A DNA stretch of 64,000 bases, from NCBI GenBank assembly GCA_951406725.2, contig OX597830.1:18228001-18292000 (forward strand), in the 5' to 3' direction. The stretch comes from Octopus vulgaris. Taxonomy: Eukaryota. Both the position numbers and the translations under genes were made by a program. Positions 14,102 to 27,813 of the stretch are shown here, piece by piece. Position 1 is the stretch's first letter. Every line of letters begins with the position of its first letter. The notes below the pieces were generated by a model, which was not told where the DNA came from, ran no database searches, and was given only the letters and a program-made list of their open reading frames with translations.

Positions 14102-15378
14102 TTGGTTCATCAATGAATAATGCGCTTTTTTCGTACTTCTTTTATTTTTCAAAATTAAGATAAAAAAGCTTCTTTTTTAATCTCAAATATACTCTCCTTC
14201 ATTTTCTACAATGCTCTTCCATCTATCTGGCAGACTTACAAGGCCCCTCTTCCAAAATTTACTTGTCTGTGACAAAAAATACTCCTCCAGTACAGTTCTG
14301 ACCTCGTCCACAGAATTCATATTTTTTCCGTCCAAATGACTTTGAAGATTGCGGAATAAATGATAATCAGATGAGTCAACGTTCGGTGAATATGGTGGGT
14401 GGGGCATCAATTCCCGTTCGAACTGCTCCAGCCTTTGGAATGTCATCCTCGCTGTATGTGGCCGAGCATTATCCTGATGGAAGAACACCTTTTGTCTTGA
14501 AACCAGAGATGGGTGTTTTTCTTCTTGTACTGACTTGAGCTGCTTGCAGTAGATCTCTTTTGTTATCATTTGGTTTGGGTTTAAAAGTCCAAAGTGAACT
14601 AAGCCTTTCATATCCCACCAAACAGATAACAACACCTTACATGGGTAAAAACTTTCTTTAGCCTAGGGTGCTAGTGTTTTTCCTTTCTCTGCCCACTGTC
14701 TTTGGCACTTGACATTTTTATAGAGAACCCATTTCTCATCACCAGTCACTATTCGGTCCAAAAAACGTTCATTCCTGAGATATGACAGCAAAGAAGAGCA
14801 TACATTCACTCTCTTCATGTGATTAGATTCAGAAAGTTTGTGAGGAACATCTTGACCCAATTTGCTAACTTTTCCGATGGCACACAGGTGTTGATGAATG
14901 GTTGAATAACCAAATGGAAGCTTCTCTGCCAGTTCCTCAACAGTTATGATGGGATTTTGTTGCACCAGGGTTTGCAAGACATCCTTGTTGAGTTCTACAG
15001 ATCTTCCAGAATGAAGCTCATCTTCTACACTGTAGTTTCCAGCTCGGAATTTCTGGAAACACCATTGACACTGGCTTATACTTTTTGTCTCCAATCCTAC
15101 ATACTGCATTAATATTCTTCACATTTTCCGTTGCATTGTTTCCTTTATTGAACTCATAAAACAAAATATGCCAAATATGTTCCTTTGTTACTTCCATAAT
15201 AGGTTTGAAAAACAACTGTTAAAATCGAACTGCACTCTTCAAAAATTGTACTTACAATAAGAACAAGGTAAAATTACTACCTGCTCTAATAGCAAGTTCA
15301 TGCGGGTAGTTTATACCATCCCCTCCAAATTTTAGTTCATGCAATTGAAAAAACTGCATTATTTATGGGATGACCCAA
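14102..15378 (-). mobile_element. Full-length decayed mariner transposon inserted in the (TA)n of a SINE A
   Basis: TIRs TTGGTTCATCAATGAATAATGC / GCATTATTTATGGGATGACCCAA; TA on both sides; about 1.28 kb. Confidence 0.92.
14183..15197 (-). pseudogene. Frameshifted mariner DD34D transposase
   Basis: Motifs VPHKL, IVTGDEKW, FHQDNARPH and HPPYSPNVDSSDYHLF are spread over three reading frames. Confidence 0.92.
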
Positions 15379-15905
15379 TATATATATATATCCACTCATG
15401 AGACTTTGGTCAGACCTTAAACACTACTAGGGCTTAGTAGTGTTTAAGGTCAAGGAAGAAGGAATTGGGAGTGGCTCCTTTTGTCTTTACCCCAGGTCAG
15501 TAGTAGGTACTGCTAGTTTGAAGTATGTGTGTGTGTGCATGTATGTATATGTATCATGTGTGTGTGTATGTATGTGTGTGTTCGTGTGTGTATGCATAGA
15601 GTTTGGGTGTGTGGTGAATAACTGTGCTTTACTTAGTGTATGTGTGCTTGTACATGCGTATGTGTGTATACATGTATGTATAATTGTGTGCGTGTATGTA
15701 TAATTGTGGGATGTATGTGTGGGTTCATTTGTGTATGTGTGTGCATGCGTGTCGTATGTGTGTGTAGTTGTGTGTGCGTGTATATATATACATATATATA
15801 TATATATACACATATATATACATATATATATACATATAATATATATATACATATATATATACATACATATATATATATATATATACATATATATACATAT
15901 ATATA

Positions 15906-16105
15906 TCATCATCATCATCATCATCGTCGTTTAACGTCCGTTCTCCATGCTAGCATGGGTTGGACGGTTCGACCGGGGTTCTGGGAAGCCAGAAGGCTGC
16001 ACCAGGCTCCAGTCTAAATTTGGCAATGTTTCTACAGCTGGATGCCCTTCCTAACGCCAACCACTCCGTGAGTGTAGTGGGTGCTTTTTACGTGCCACCT
16101 GCACA
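15906..16105 (-). mobile_element. RTE 3' UTR-type tail
   Basis: Reverse complement of GTAAAAAGCACCCACTACAC...GGACGTTAAACGACGATGATGATG. Confidence 0.75.
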
Positions 16106-16147
16106 GAACGTGCCACCTATATATATATATACACATACACATAATAT

Positions 16148-16186
<39 letters not shown>

Positions 16187-16669
16187 CACATAATGCATAA
16201 TTACATGTGCGCATGTGTGTATGTATGTGTGCATGTGCATGCATGTGTGTTTGTGTGTATTCTGGTAGACCAGTTATTTTTTGGGGTTCTGTTCTTTCTA
16301 TATAGTCTTAAGTTCATAAAGAGGACAGAAGTTGGGACACGGGAATGGTTTTGTAGGTTTTGGTAACATCATCATAAGAGGATATGGGTTACAAAATAAC
16401 CAGAATGCCTGTTAGAATCCAGTTGAGACCAACACACATTGTTTATCCATCGAGTTAACATCTAGGCCAGTGTTTTGTCAAGGTAGGGTGTATACCGCAC
16501 CAGTGGGGTGTGGTGGTGTATTTACTGGGGCTTGGGTTACTTCAGGATCAGGCATAAGGAGCAAGTGAGTATAACTATAACTTGAAATTAAATTTTAATT
16601 AAAGCTTATTTTGAATGTGTGTGTGTGTGTGTGCGTGTGTGTTTGTGTGTGTGTGTGTGTGTATGTGTT

Positions 16670-16718
<49 letters not shown>

Positions 16719-16744
16719 TTTGTGTGTGTGTATGTGTTTGTGTG

Positions 16745-16806
<62 letters not shown>

Positions 16807-16869
16807 GAGAGAGGATGGATGAGAAGCAGATGGTAAGGAGGGTGATGAAGCCAGAAGTGGTAGGCAGCA

Positions 16870-17200
16870 GAACCAGAAACCAGAGGCAGACCTCAATGTG
16901 TGTGTGGATGGAGTGAGGAAAGCTTTGGTGGTTAGAGGTGTTGGAGCGAGAGAGAGGAAAGAGAGTTTACAAACGATAGGAAAGCTTGGAGAGTGTCTGT
17001 GGGTGGATGAGTAAATTTGATGTTGCTCAACAGGGTACAGAACCAGCATAATGTGGTAGGGGTAAACCAGCATATGCTGTTGGGCCTGACTGCTGATATT
17101 GAGGTTTGTGTTCTATGCCTTGACCCAAGTATAGAATGGCACTCAATTCTTTGAGCTAGGAAATGAATGGAATGCCTTGTGTGTGTCTTGTTGTAGCTAC
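16870..17200 (-). pseudogene. Highly decayed LINE C-terminal (zinc-knuckle-region) remnant
   Basis: Minus-strand pieces FLAQRIECHSILGSRHRT and APTPLTTKA weakly resemble the LAQLRSG...PTxLT ends of non-LTR ORF2. Confidence 0.4.
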
Positions 17201-17251
17201 CTACTCCTAAAAAATTGGGGAATAGGCCTGGGTATATAAAAAAATAATATA

Positions 17252-18490
17252 TCTGGATGAGTGAAAAGTAAGCAATGTTTTGAAACATGAAATTCTTCAC
17301 AATATATTTCAACAATGCAGAAATTTTATTCATCAAAGTAAATACCATCACAATCAACACATTTTTGCCAACAAGATACAAGTTTGTTTATTCCAGTATC
17401 GTAAAAATCTGGAGCCTTGGAGCTGATGAACTCTTTGAACGCACTTTCAGCATCAGTTTGATTTTTGAACTCCTTCTCTCACGGGAAACCATCAAGGTGC
17501 TTGAAAAGTGATAGTTGGTAGGAGAAAGGTCTGGAGAACAAGTTGGGTGAGGAAGAACTTCATAGCCAAGTTCCTTCAACTTCTGGAGTGTCATTAATGA
17601 AACATGTGGTTGAGCATTGTCATGAAGAATGATTGGCCCTCTTCTGTTGACCAGTCTGGGAGAGAAGAGTAGCAGTTTTCTGTTCATTTTGGCAATTTCA
17701 TGGCAATATGTTTCTGCAGTAATGGTTTTTCCAGGTTTTAAGAAGCTATAGTGAATCATTCCAGCAGTACATCCCCAAACAGTCACCATAACCTTCTTTT
17801 TAAAGAGCTCAGGTCTAAGAAAGGGTTTCAGTGCATCATTTTGGCCCAACCACTGTGAAGAATGTTTTTATTATTGTACAGAATCCACTTTTCATCGCAA
17901 GTTACAATATGGTTGAGAAATGGATTGGTCTGGTTATGGAGAAGTGATGAGCAAATTTCATATCTGTGCATTTTATGATTTTCACTTAAATCATGTGGTA
18001 CCAATTTGTCAAGCTTTTTTGATTTTTCTGATTGCATGCAAATGGTTGCAGGCAGTTTTCTGGCTAACTTGAAGTTCTTTTGCCAGTTCTCAAGTGGTTT
18101 TACATGGATCTTTCTCAATGATGGTCTAAAATTGACCGTCATCAATGACAGATGGGCGTTCTCTATGCTCAGAATCTTCAAGGCTCAGGTCTCCTCTGTG
18201 AAATCGTTTAAACCATTTTTGAGCTGACCATTCACTAGTCATTTCCTCACCAAATGTTTCATTGATATTCTGAGCAGTTTCAGCTGCTTTATGTCCTTAT
18301 TTGAAGCTGAATAGCAAAATTGCTCGACAATTGTGCTTTCACAGTTCCATTTCAGCTGATTGTAACAACAGCAGAAAAAGTATCAATGTTACAATCGCAA
18401 AAAAATGTTTCAAAAAAATTCAAAACTCTGCTAAAATCCAGTACAAATTCTTCATGGTTCAAAGCATTGCATACTTTTTACTCAACCTGA
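17252..18490 (-). mobile_element. Full-length decayed mariner, Hsmar1/cecropia-like
   Basis: About 40 bp TIRs TCTGGATGAGTGAAAAGTAAGCAATG / CATTGCATACTTTTTACTCAACCTGA; TA on the left, TG on the right. Confidence 0.9.
17326..18350 (-). pseudogene. Frameshifted mariner transposase
   Basis: Motifs IVTCDEKWILYNN, GPIILHDNAQPH, LQKLKELGYEVLPHPTCSPDLSPTNYHF and C-terminal WQKCVDCDGIYFDE*. Confidence 0.92.
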
Positions 18491-19539
18491 TGTGTGTGTG
18501 TCTTTGGGTCTGTGTGGTTCCCCACCACAATAAGACAACTGATGTTGGTTTTTTTACATCCCTATAACTTAGCAGTTCAGCAAAAGAGACTGATGGAATA
18601 AGTACCAGGCTTAAAAAAAAAGCGAAGTCCTTCTGTCAATTCTTTTGACTAAAAACTCTTGAAGGTGATGCCCCAGTATGACCACGGTCAAGTGACCAAA
18701 ACAAGTAGAAGATAAAAGATAAAAGAAAAGATATAAATAGAAAATCACATGGCTGTGATTGAGAAGCTTACTTCCCAATCATGTGGTCTTGGGTTCAATC
18801 CTGCTGTGTGGCACTTAGAGCAAGTGTCCCCTACTATAGCCTCTAGCTGACCAGGGCCTTGTCAATGGCTTTGGGTGACAAGAGGCTATATTTTATATTC
18901 ACGTGTGTATGTATGAATGTGTGTCTTTGTGTTTGTGTCTGTGCGCCTCACCCCTCTTCACTGCTTGGCTACTAGTGTTGGTTTGTTTATGGCCCTGCAA
19001 CTTGGTGATTTGATACAAAAGGCCTACAGAATAAATACCAGACTTAAATAAGTACTAGAGTTGATTTGTTCAATGAAACCATTCAAGGTAGTACTCCAGC
19101 ATGGCCACAGCCCAATGATTGAGACTAGTAAAAGATAAGTGATATTAATGTGCGTGTTTGTGTGTTTGGATGTGGATGTGTGTACAATCTTTTCCTCACC
19201 CCTCAGATCTAGCAAATGAGCCACTAACGTGGTCATATGATCTGCTCAAAAGAGCAGCTAAATCTCTCTATCATGTCATGAAAAAGAAAGAAAGAAGAAA
19301 AAGGGGATCTGTTCAGTTTGGCTCACAGATATTTTTTCCTCTTTGATTGCTATCGCAAACAGCAGTAGCTTTCTTCAACCGAAAACATGTCGTTGATTGG
19401 TTGAAATTACCCAAATACGACAACTTTAACATGAAATAACTTCTAAAATACCAAATTTTCTCAAAAGTGTTCAAAGTAAACTGTGTTCTGCCTGAGACAT
19501 TCCACCAGTGTACGAAGTTTCAAACTGTTTATATATATA

Positions 19540-19971
19540 TACAAAATAAGAAAATGGAGGAATACACTTTAATCAATAATCAACTACCAGATAATACCCT
19601 TTCACATAATTTATTAACCAACTACATAGGAACATCAAGATCAAACACAATAGTACAGCACAAAACAGTGCACATCTATAAGTAATATTATCATATTACT
19701 TATAGATGTGCACTATTGTGCTGTACTATTGTGTTTGATCTTGATGTTCCTATGTAGTTGGTTAATAAATTATGTGAAAGGGTATTATTCTGGTAGTTGA
19801 TTATTGATTAAAGTGTATACAATTGATTAAAGTGTATACAATACGTATAAATAAATATAAATACAAACTAGATCTTACAGCTGTTTCAGCCATGTAGAAA
19901 TTATGTGATTGGGTATTATCTGGTAGTTGATTATTGATTAAAGTGTATTCCTCCATTTTCTTATTTTGTAT
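19540..19971. repeat. Near-perfect about 257 bp palindrome (19562-19818) plus a third partial arm; Penelope-like remnant
   Basis: Arms 19562-19688 / 19693-19818 around a 4 nt loop. A hammerhead 3' half (GAAACAGCTGTA) lies on the minus strand at about 19876-19887. Confidence 0.75.
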
Positions 19972-20140
19972 TATGAATTTGAGGTAAAACATTTTACCTT
20001 CGCCCATATAATACAATAAATGAATTAATTGCATCGCAATTCTTAACATTTATCTATTAATTTTATTGGGTGCTTTACTGGCAGTATATTGGATATATGT
20101 TATCCCATAGAGGGTTGCACTCACAACCCCTATCTCAATT

Positions 20141-20189
<49 letters not shown>

Positions 20190-20192
<3 letters not shown>

Positions 20193-20630
20193 CGCAGATG
20201 TGGCTGTATAGTAAGAAGCTTGCTTCTTGCTTCCCAACAACATGGCTCTGAGTTCTGTCCCACTGCATGGCACCTTGAACAAATATCTTCTATTATAGTC
20301 TCAGGCTGATCAAAGTCTTGTGAGTGGATTTGGTGGACAGAAACTGAAAGAAGCCCATTGTGGGTGTGTGTGTATTGTGTATGCATGCATGTAATTATGT
20401 GTGTGTCTTTGTGTATGTGTTTGTCCTCCCCCACCACCACCACTGCTTGACGACTGCTGGTGGTGTGTTTACATCCCTGTAACTTAGTGGTTTGACAAAA
20501 AAGACTAATAGAATAAGTTCTAGGTTTAAAACAAAAAATAGTACCAGTGTTGATTTGTTTGACTAAAACCCTTCAAAGTGGTGCTCCAGCATGGCCACAG
20601 TGAAATGACTGAAACCAGTAAAAGAATAAA
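20190..20630 (+). mobile_element. SINE family A (diverged)
   Basis: Family A head and tail both present. Confidence 0.8.
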
Positions 20631-22316
20631 ACAAGGAATATATGGTTGTGTGGTAAGAAGTTTACTTCCCGACCCTGTGGTTCCAGGTTCAATCCCAAAG
20701 CCCTGTGAGTGGAACTGGTAGACACAACAACTACTGACTCCATCCACCCAGCTATAAAAAGCTCAGGTAAAAACCCGTCATTGAAACAACTGCTTCCACA
20801 TCTCAGAAGATGCTGTTGTTGCAACTTGGCATATCTTACACCACACCAAGACAAAAGGTGACTTGACTGATTGCCATAAAGGTACTACAACCACAACCAC
20901 CACCACCACCTCAGACCACCACCACAACCACCACCACCACTATCACTACCACCACAACCACCACCACCTCAGACCACCACCACCACAACCACCACAACCA
21001 CAACTACCACCACCACCACCACAACCACCACCACCACCACTATCACTACCACCACCACCTCAGACCACCACCACCACCACCACCACCACACCACAACCTC
21101 CACCACCACCACAACCACCACCACCACTACCACCACCACTACCATCATCACCACCAGGAACACTAAAAGCAACAGCAGCAGCGGCAACAACAACAATAAC
21201 AACAACAACAATCTTTCTCCCCTAACATTATCCTAAAGTAATCAGATCCCTAGCAATGTGGACCTGACTGGACTCTGCTGGATATCCTCCCCACTGTCCT
21301 CCTTTCTGTCTCTCTCTCTCTCTCTCTCTCTCTGCTCTCCCCTATACCTTCTCCTCCTACTCCATACAGAGGCAAGGGGCCAGACCTGACCAAGAACCCT
21401 GATGAAGAAATCTGCCTATCCCCTCCCCCACTCCCAACACTTAGGTGAAGTGAGGTGTGTGATACCATACGATGTGAGTTCAGTGAGTTTAGTGGGGGAA
21501 CTTATTCTGACAGGGCCATGTCAAGTTTTGGCAGGGTTTGAGGTATGAAAGGGGTCATTTAGTGTAATGGTATTGTTTATGGCTAACAGAGCTGGTGGTA
21601 GCAGGGATGGCTGTGGTCATGGTGGTTGTTCGTCTAGTAGTTGTTGCTGTGGTAGTAGTAGTAGTAGTAGCAGCAGCAGCAGCAGTAGTAGTAGTCGCAG
21701 TAGTAGTAGTAGTAGTAGTGGTAATAGTAGTAGCTGCAGCAGCAGCAATGGTGGTAGTTGTAGTAGTGGCGATACCGGTTGTAGTAATGGTGATAGTGGT
21801 GGTGGTGGTGGTGGCTGTAGTAGTTGTAGTAGTGGGGTGATTGTGGTGGTGGTGGTAGTAGTAATGGTGACAGTGGTGGTGGTGGTGGCTGTAGTAGTTG
21901 TAGTAGTGGTGGTGGTGGCTTCAGTGAGAGCGAGGGTGACAGTGGGAGGTTTCCCATAGATGCAGAATCAAGGAGTGATAATACAGCAAGGGAAAGGGTG
22001 TAATATTATAATTATAAGCCATCACCTCGTTTCACCACCTACAACCACTGACCCCCACCCGGTTATAAAACCCAGATAAAACCCCCCTTTTTAGCACACT
22101 ACTTCCATGCCTCAGATGGCGCTGCTGTTGCTGCACCCTGACACCTTACACCACAGAAAGGTCACTTGACTGATTGCCATAAAGACACTCCAACCTTCGA
22201 TCCACATCTATGGGCTAAAAGATGTGGTTGTCTGATTGGAGTAAACAGCATATCAAACTGTGATTTGATATCTATCAGTGATGTTCCCTAGGGAATTTTC
22301 TATATTCTGAATTTAT

Positions 22317-22732
22317 AAGGCAGCAAGTTAGCAGAAATGTTAGCATGCCAGGTGAAATGCGCAGCCGTATTTCGTCTGCTGCTACGTTCTGAGTTCAAAT
22401 TTCACCGAGGTCGACTTTGCCTTTCATCCTTTCGAGGTCGATTAAATAAGTACCAGTTATGTGCTGGGGTCGATATAATCGACTTAATCCATTTGTCTGT
22501 CCTTGTTTGTCCTCTCTCTGTTTAGCCCCTTGTGGGTAGTAAAGAAATAGGTATTTCATCTGCCATTACGTTCTGAGTTTAAATTCCGTCGAGGTCGACT
22601 TTGCCTTTCATCCTTTCGGGGTTGATTAAATAAGTACCAGTTAATCACTGGGGTCGATGTAATCGACTTAATCCCCTTGTCTGTCCTTGTTTGCCCCCTC
22701 TATGTTTAGCCCCACGTGGGCAATAAAGAAAT
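22317..22732 (+). mobile_element. SINE family B, tandem dimer
   Basis: B box GAGTTCAAATTCC-like sequence and central GACTTTGCCTTTCATCCTTTCG.GGT.GAT are present twice. Confidence 0.8.
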
Positions 22733-22759
22733 ATATATTCTGAATTATTTCATCTTTAA

Positions 22760-22979
22760 CCCTTTTGTTACCGAATTTATTTTGAGATGCTCTGAGTTTC
22801 TTTCAATTAATTTTAAATATAACAAAGAATTTAGTAAAATAACTTGGTTATCATTCAGCTAGTGTTAGGAACATAAATTGTGACTAAGGTTTGGTGGAAG
22901 ATTTTAATTCAAAACTTATGAAAACAAGACATTTGTACTACAGAGCCAGAGTGGTTTTAGCCAGTTGGTATCAAAAGGG
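22760..22979. mobile_element. piggyBac-type MITE
   Basis: TTAA|CCCTTTTGTTACC...GGTATCAAAAGGG|TTAA. Confidence 0.8.
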
Positions 22980-24974
22980 TTAATGTCACTAAAGCTTAAA
23001 AAGTATAAATCCTAGAAGTGTTGATATTAGTGCAGGCATGGCTTTATAGTAGGCTGTGAATTGGCATGGTGAGAAAGACTCCCTCAAAGCATGAGGTCAT
23101 AGACAGGCAAGACAACTCACCCCAAATGCCACAGTGATGGATACCACTTTTTTTTTTATTTATGCGCCCTTTTCAAGCCTAGCCAGGCTCATGGGCCTGG
23201 TTTCCTGGTTTCTATGGTTTATATGTTCCCCCCAGCTGCACAGGACATCAGTCCATTGCAGCGTTACTCAAGAAACAGGAAGAAAGAGTGAGAGAAAGTT
23301 GGGGCGAAAGAGTACAACAGGGGTCACCACCACCCCCTGCCAGAGCCTCATGGAGCTTTTAGGTGTTTTCACTCAATAAACACACACAACGCCCAGTCTG
23401 GGAATCAAAACCGTGATCCTCCAACCATGAGTCTGCTGCCCTAACCACTGGGCCATTGCGCCTCTACTTGGATCTCATTATTTCATCATTTTTGTGACTT
23501 ATCAACATCACATACCTGAACCAAATTGGAGGTTAACTGAATGATTTTCCCTGTATTTTAACACCTGGCACTTTGAGGGAGTTTTCTCCATTGTGTTTAA
23601 ATTTCAGCCTACTGGCAGGGAGTGATTTGGATTTGGTATGGATGTGTACCTGCTTGCATGCATGCATGTATGCATCCATACATACATACATACTGACACT
23701 TTGAGGGAATTATCCAATTATCCCCACTGTGATAGATTTCAACCTGCTGGCAGGGAAAGTTGCCTCAGATATGGATCTATGCATGCATGCATAAGTATGT
23801 ACCTACATACATACAAACAAACATACATACATAGATAAAATATGTATGTACTTGCAGCAGTCATTAGACTACAGTGCTGATGGAGCACTGCCTTTAAGAA
23901 TCTTTTAAGCCTAGCACTTATTCTATTGATCTCTTTTGCTGAACCACTAAGTTGCGAGAACATAAACACATCAACACTGGTTGTCAAGAAGTGGCACACA
24001 CACACACACTAAAGGCTTCTTTTAGTTTCCAACTATCAAATCCACCCACAAGATTTTGGTCAGCTCAAGGCTATAGTAGAACACACTAGCCCAAGGTGCT
24101 ACACAGTGTTACATCAGAATATATTAATTTCATAATCAGTCCAAAATTGATAAAGTCGTTTTTTTGTTTCAGTCATTTGAGTGCGTCCATACTGGAGCAC
24201 CGCCTTTAGATGAGCAAATTGATCCCAGGACTTATTCTTTGTAAGCCTAGCACTTATTCTATCGGTCTCTCTTGCCAAACCTCTAAGTGACGGGAACGTA
24301 AACACACCAGCATCGGTTGTCAAGCGATGTTGGAGGGACAAACACAGACACACAAACATATACACACACACACACACATATATATACAACGGGCTTCTTT
24401 CAGTTTCCGTCTACCAAATCCACTCACAAGGCTTTGGTCAGCCCGAGGCTATAGTAAAAGACACTTGCCCAAGGTGCCACGCAGTGGGACTGAACCCGGA
24501 ACCATGTGGTTGGTAAGCATGGTGGTGGAGATGATGGTGTGGTGGTGGTGGTGGTGGTAGTCATTCTACTCCTAGTTTTCTACCCTCCCTCATTGTCCCC
24601 CTCCCTTCCTCCTTCCAATCAGTTAGTTGGAGTGATGGAGGGAAGGTTCAGGGGAATGGACTATAGTATTTGGTGGGTAGGTGCATGAGAGGCGTGGACA
24701 GGGAAAAGAGGTTCTGAGAATCTCTAAAGATGGGGACCAGCTGTTAAGAAAGTTTGATGGAGAAAGTCAAAAGAAAACAAATTGGGGGTTGGAGGTGGCT
24801 GTGGTGGTGGTGTGTGTGTTGTGTGTGTGCCCAAGCACTTGTTCGGGGGGGGGGTGGAGAAGAAGGAGAAATGAATGGAGGGGAAAGAAAGAATTAAGTG
24901 GAACAGAAAGAAAAACTGAGGAACCTGTAAGCAATACTGGTGGTGGTGGTGGTGGTGGTGGTGGTGGTGGTAGT

Positions 24975-25800
24975 AGTATCACCACCAGTATCACCCCCAC
25001 CACAATCACCACCACTACTAATTCTACTACTGCTATCACCACCACCACCACCACAATTACCACCACTACTAATTCTACTACTGCTACCACCACCACAACC
25101 ACCACCACTACTAATGCTACTACTGCTATCACCACCACCACCACAACCACCACCACTACTAATGCTACTACTGCTATCACCACCACCACCACAATCACCA
25201 CCACTACTAATGCTACTACTGCTACCACCACCACCACCACAACCACCACCACTATTATTTCTACTACTACCACCACCACCACCACAACTACCACCACTAT
25301 TAATTCTACTACTGCTACCACCACAACTACCACCACTACTAATTCTACTACTGCTACCACCACCACAACCACCACCACTACTAATTCTACTACTGCTACC
25401 ACCACCACCACCACTACTAATTCTACTACTGCTACCACCACCACCACCACAACCACCACCACTACTAATTCTACTACTGCTACCACAACTACCACCACTA
25501 CTAATTCTACTACTGCTACCACCACCACCACCACAACCACCACCACTACTAATTCTACTACTGCTACCACCACCACCACCACTACTAATTCTACTACTGC
25601 TACCACCACCACCACCACAACCACCACCACTATTAATTCTACTACTGCTACCACCACAACTACCACCACTACTAATTCTACTACTGCTACCACCACCACC
25701 ACCACAACTACCACCACTACTAATTCTACTACTGCTACCACCACCACCACCACTACTCACCTCCACCACCGCAACCACTATCACCACTACCACCACCACT
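24975..25800. repeat. Triplet-derived minisatellite, (ACC)n-ACTACTAATTCTACTACTGCT units
   Basis: Variable-length units recur for about 800 bp; the long Thr-, Pro- and Val-rich ORFs come from this repeat. Confidence 0.9.
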
Positions 25801-26199
25801 ACTACTGCAACAACATTCAGAAGGAAAACGAAAAAAAAAGATGAAGGATTGGATGAAAAGGAAGACAGTAAAAGAGAACAAAAAACAAAAATAAAATACA
25901 AAAAAAAATAGTTAAGCAAAAAAAAATAGTGAAAAAGTGTTAGTATTAAGGAGCATCTGTAGTCATGAGAAGGACTCTTCTTCACTGGATACATTTGTGT
26001 TGTGCAGGTGAGAAAAATAGGGACGACTGCCGAGGCGACACACATACATACATACATACAGATAGATTCATAGCTGCATGTGCACATACACAGATACATG
26101 TCTTCAATATAGCATGTAACATATCCACACACACACACACACACACACACATGTGTGTGTGTTGTACATTGAATGAAGACGTGACAGTGTTTTGAGCTA

Positions 26200-26436
26200 T
26201 TTACTCTCTCTTTACTCTTTTACTTGTTTCAGTCATTTGACTGCGGTCATGCTGGAGCACCGCCTTTAGTCGAGCAAATCGACCCCCGGGACTTATTCTT
26301 TTGTAAGCACAGTACTTATTCTATCGGTCTCTTTTGCCGAACCGCTAGAATGACGGGGACGTAAACACACCAGCATCGGTTGTCAAGCAATGTTTGGGGG
26401 ACAAACACAGACACACAAACATATACACACACATAC

Positions 26437-26521
<85 letters not shown>

Positions 26522-26680
26522 TATACGATGGGCTTCCATCTACCAAATCGACTCACAAGGCTTTGGTTGGCCTGAGGCTATAGCAGAAGACACTTGCCCA
26601 AGATGCCACGCAGTGGGACTGAACCCGGAACCATGTGGTTGGTAAGCAAGCTACTTACCACACAGCCACTCCTGCGCCTA
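26200..26680 (-). mobile_element. SINE family A
   Basis: Full head and tail. Confidence 0.85.
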
Positions 26681-27149
26681 TACTTGGTTTCTTTTTGTAA
26701 TCTTTTTTTCTCTGCTAAATGTTTTTTTTTATATTTTGTTATTAGTTCTTTACAGTTAGATCTGAACAATTATGTTCTGAACTCTGTAACATTCAAAGAC
26801 CTTCTTGATTTCCGTCATCTGAATGAAATTATTCAAGTGACCCATAGCTAATGCATTGTGTAGTAAGCAGCAAAGGATTATGAGAACATTCTTGTAACTA
26901 ATAAAATCATCATGGCCAGATTTAAAATTCTTTAATGGAGAATTCTTGTTTACAATCAGGAATTAACCATCTCAAGTATTTAGATTACTTTGTCAAGTGT
27001 AATACTCATTATTCTTTTATTCTTTTACTTGTTTTAATCATTTGACTGTAGCCACCTTAAAGGGTATATAAGAATATACTCCTCTCTTGTTCTTCATCCT
27101 TTCTGGCTTTCTCTCCCACCCTTCCCCATTCTTCTCCTCTCCTCTTTAT

Positions 27150-27488
27150 GGGGACGTAAACACACCAGCATCGGTTGTCAAGTGATGTTGGGGGGGGGGG
27201 ACAAACAAAGACACACAAACATATACACACACACATACATATATCTATATACATATATACGATGGGCTTCTTTCAGTTTCCGTCTACCAAATCCACTCAC
27301 GCAGTACAAATGCACGTTCCCACGGCTTTATCGATCGCATTCTCGCCTGGAATCGATTCATGTAATTTTTTCAAGACTTATACATGCCCTGGTATCGTCG
27401 GTATCTACATATCAAATTTGAGCACAATCGGATGGAGGATGTCCGAGATCCTAGAAGACACACAGACAGAACGGATTTTATATTATAT

Positions 27489-27546
<58 letters not shown>

Positions 27547-27782
27547 TACGATGGGCTTCTTTCAGTTTCCGTCTACCAAATCCACTCACGCAGTACAAAT
27601 GCACGTTCCCACGGCTTTATCGATCGCATTCTCGCCTGGAATCGATTCATGTAATTTTTTCAAGACTTATACATGCCCTGGTATCGTCGGTATCTACATA
27701 TCAAATTTGAGCACAATCGGATGGAGGATGTCCGAGATCCTAGAAGACACACAGACAGAACGGATTTTATATTATATTATAA

Positions 27783-27813
<31 letters not shown>

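Noticed and set aside
20863-21959. Pro/His/Ser/Val-rich ORFs
   Set aside because: They come from (CAC)n and (GTA/GTG)n simple repeats.
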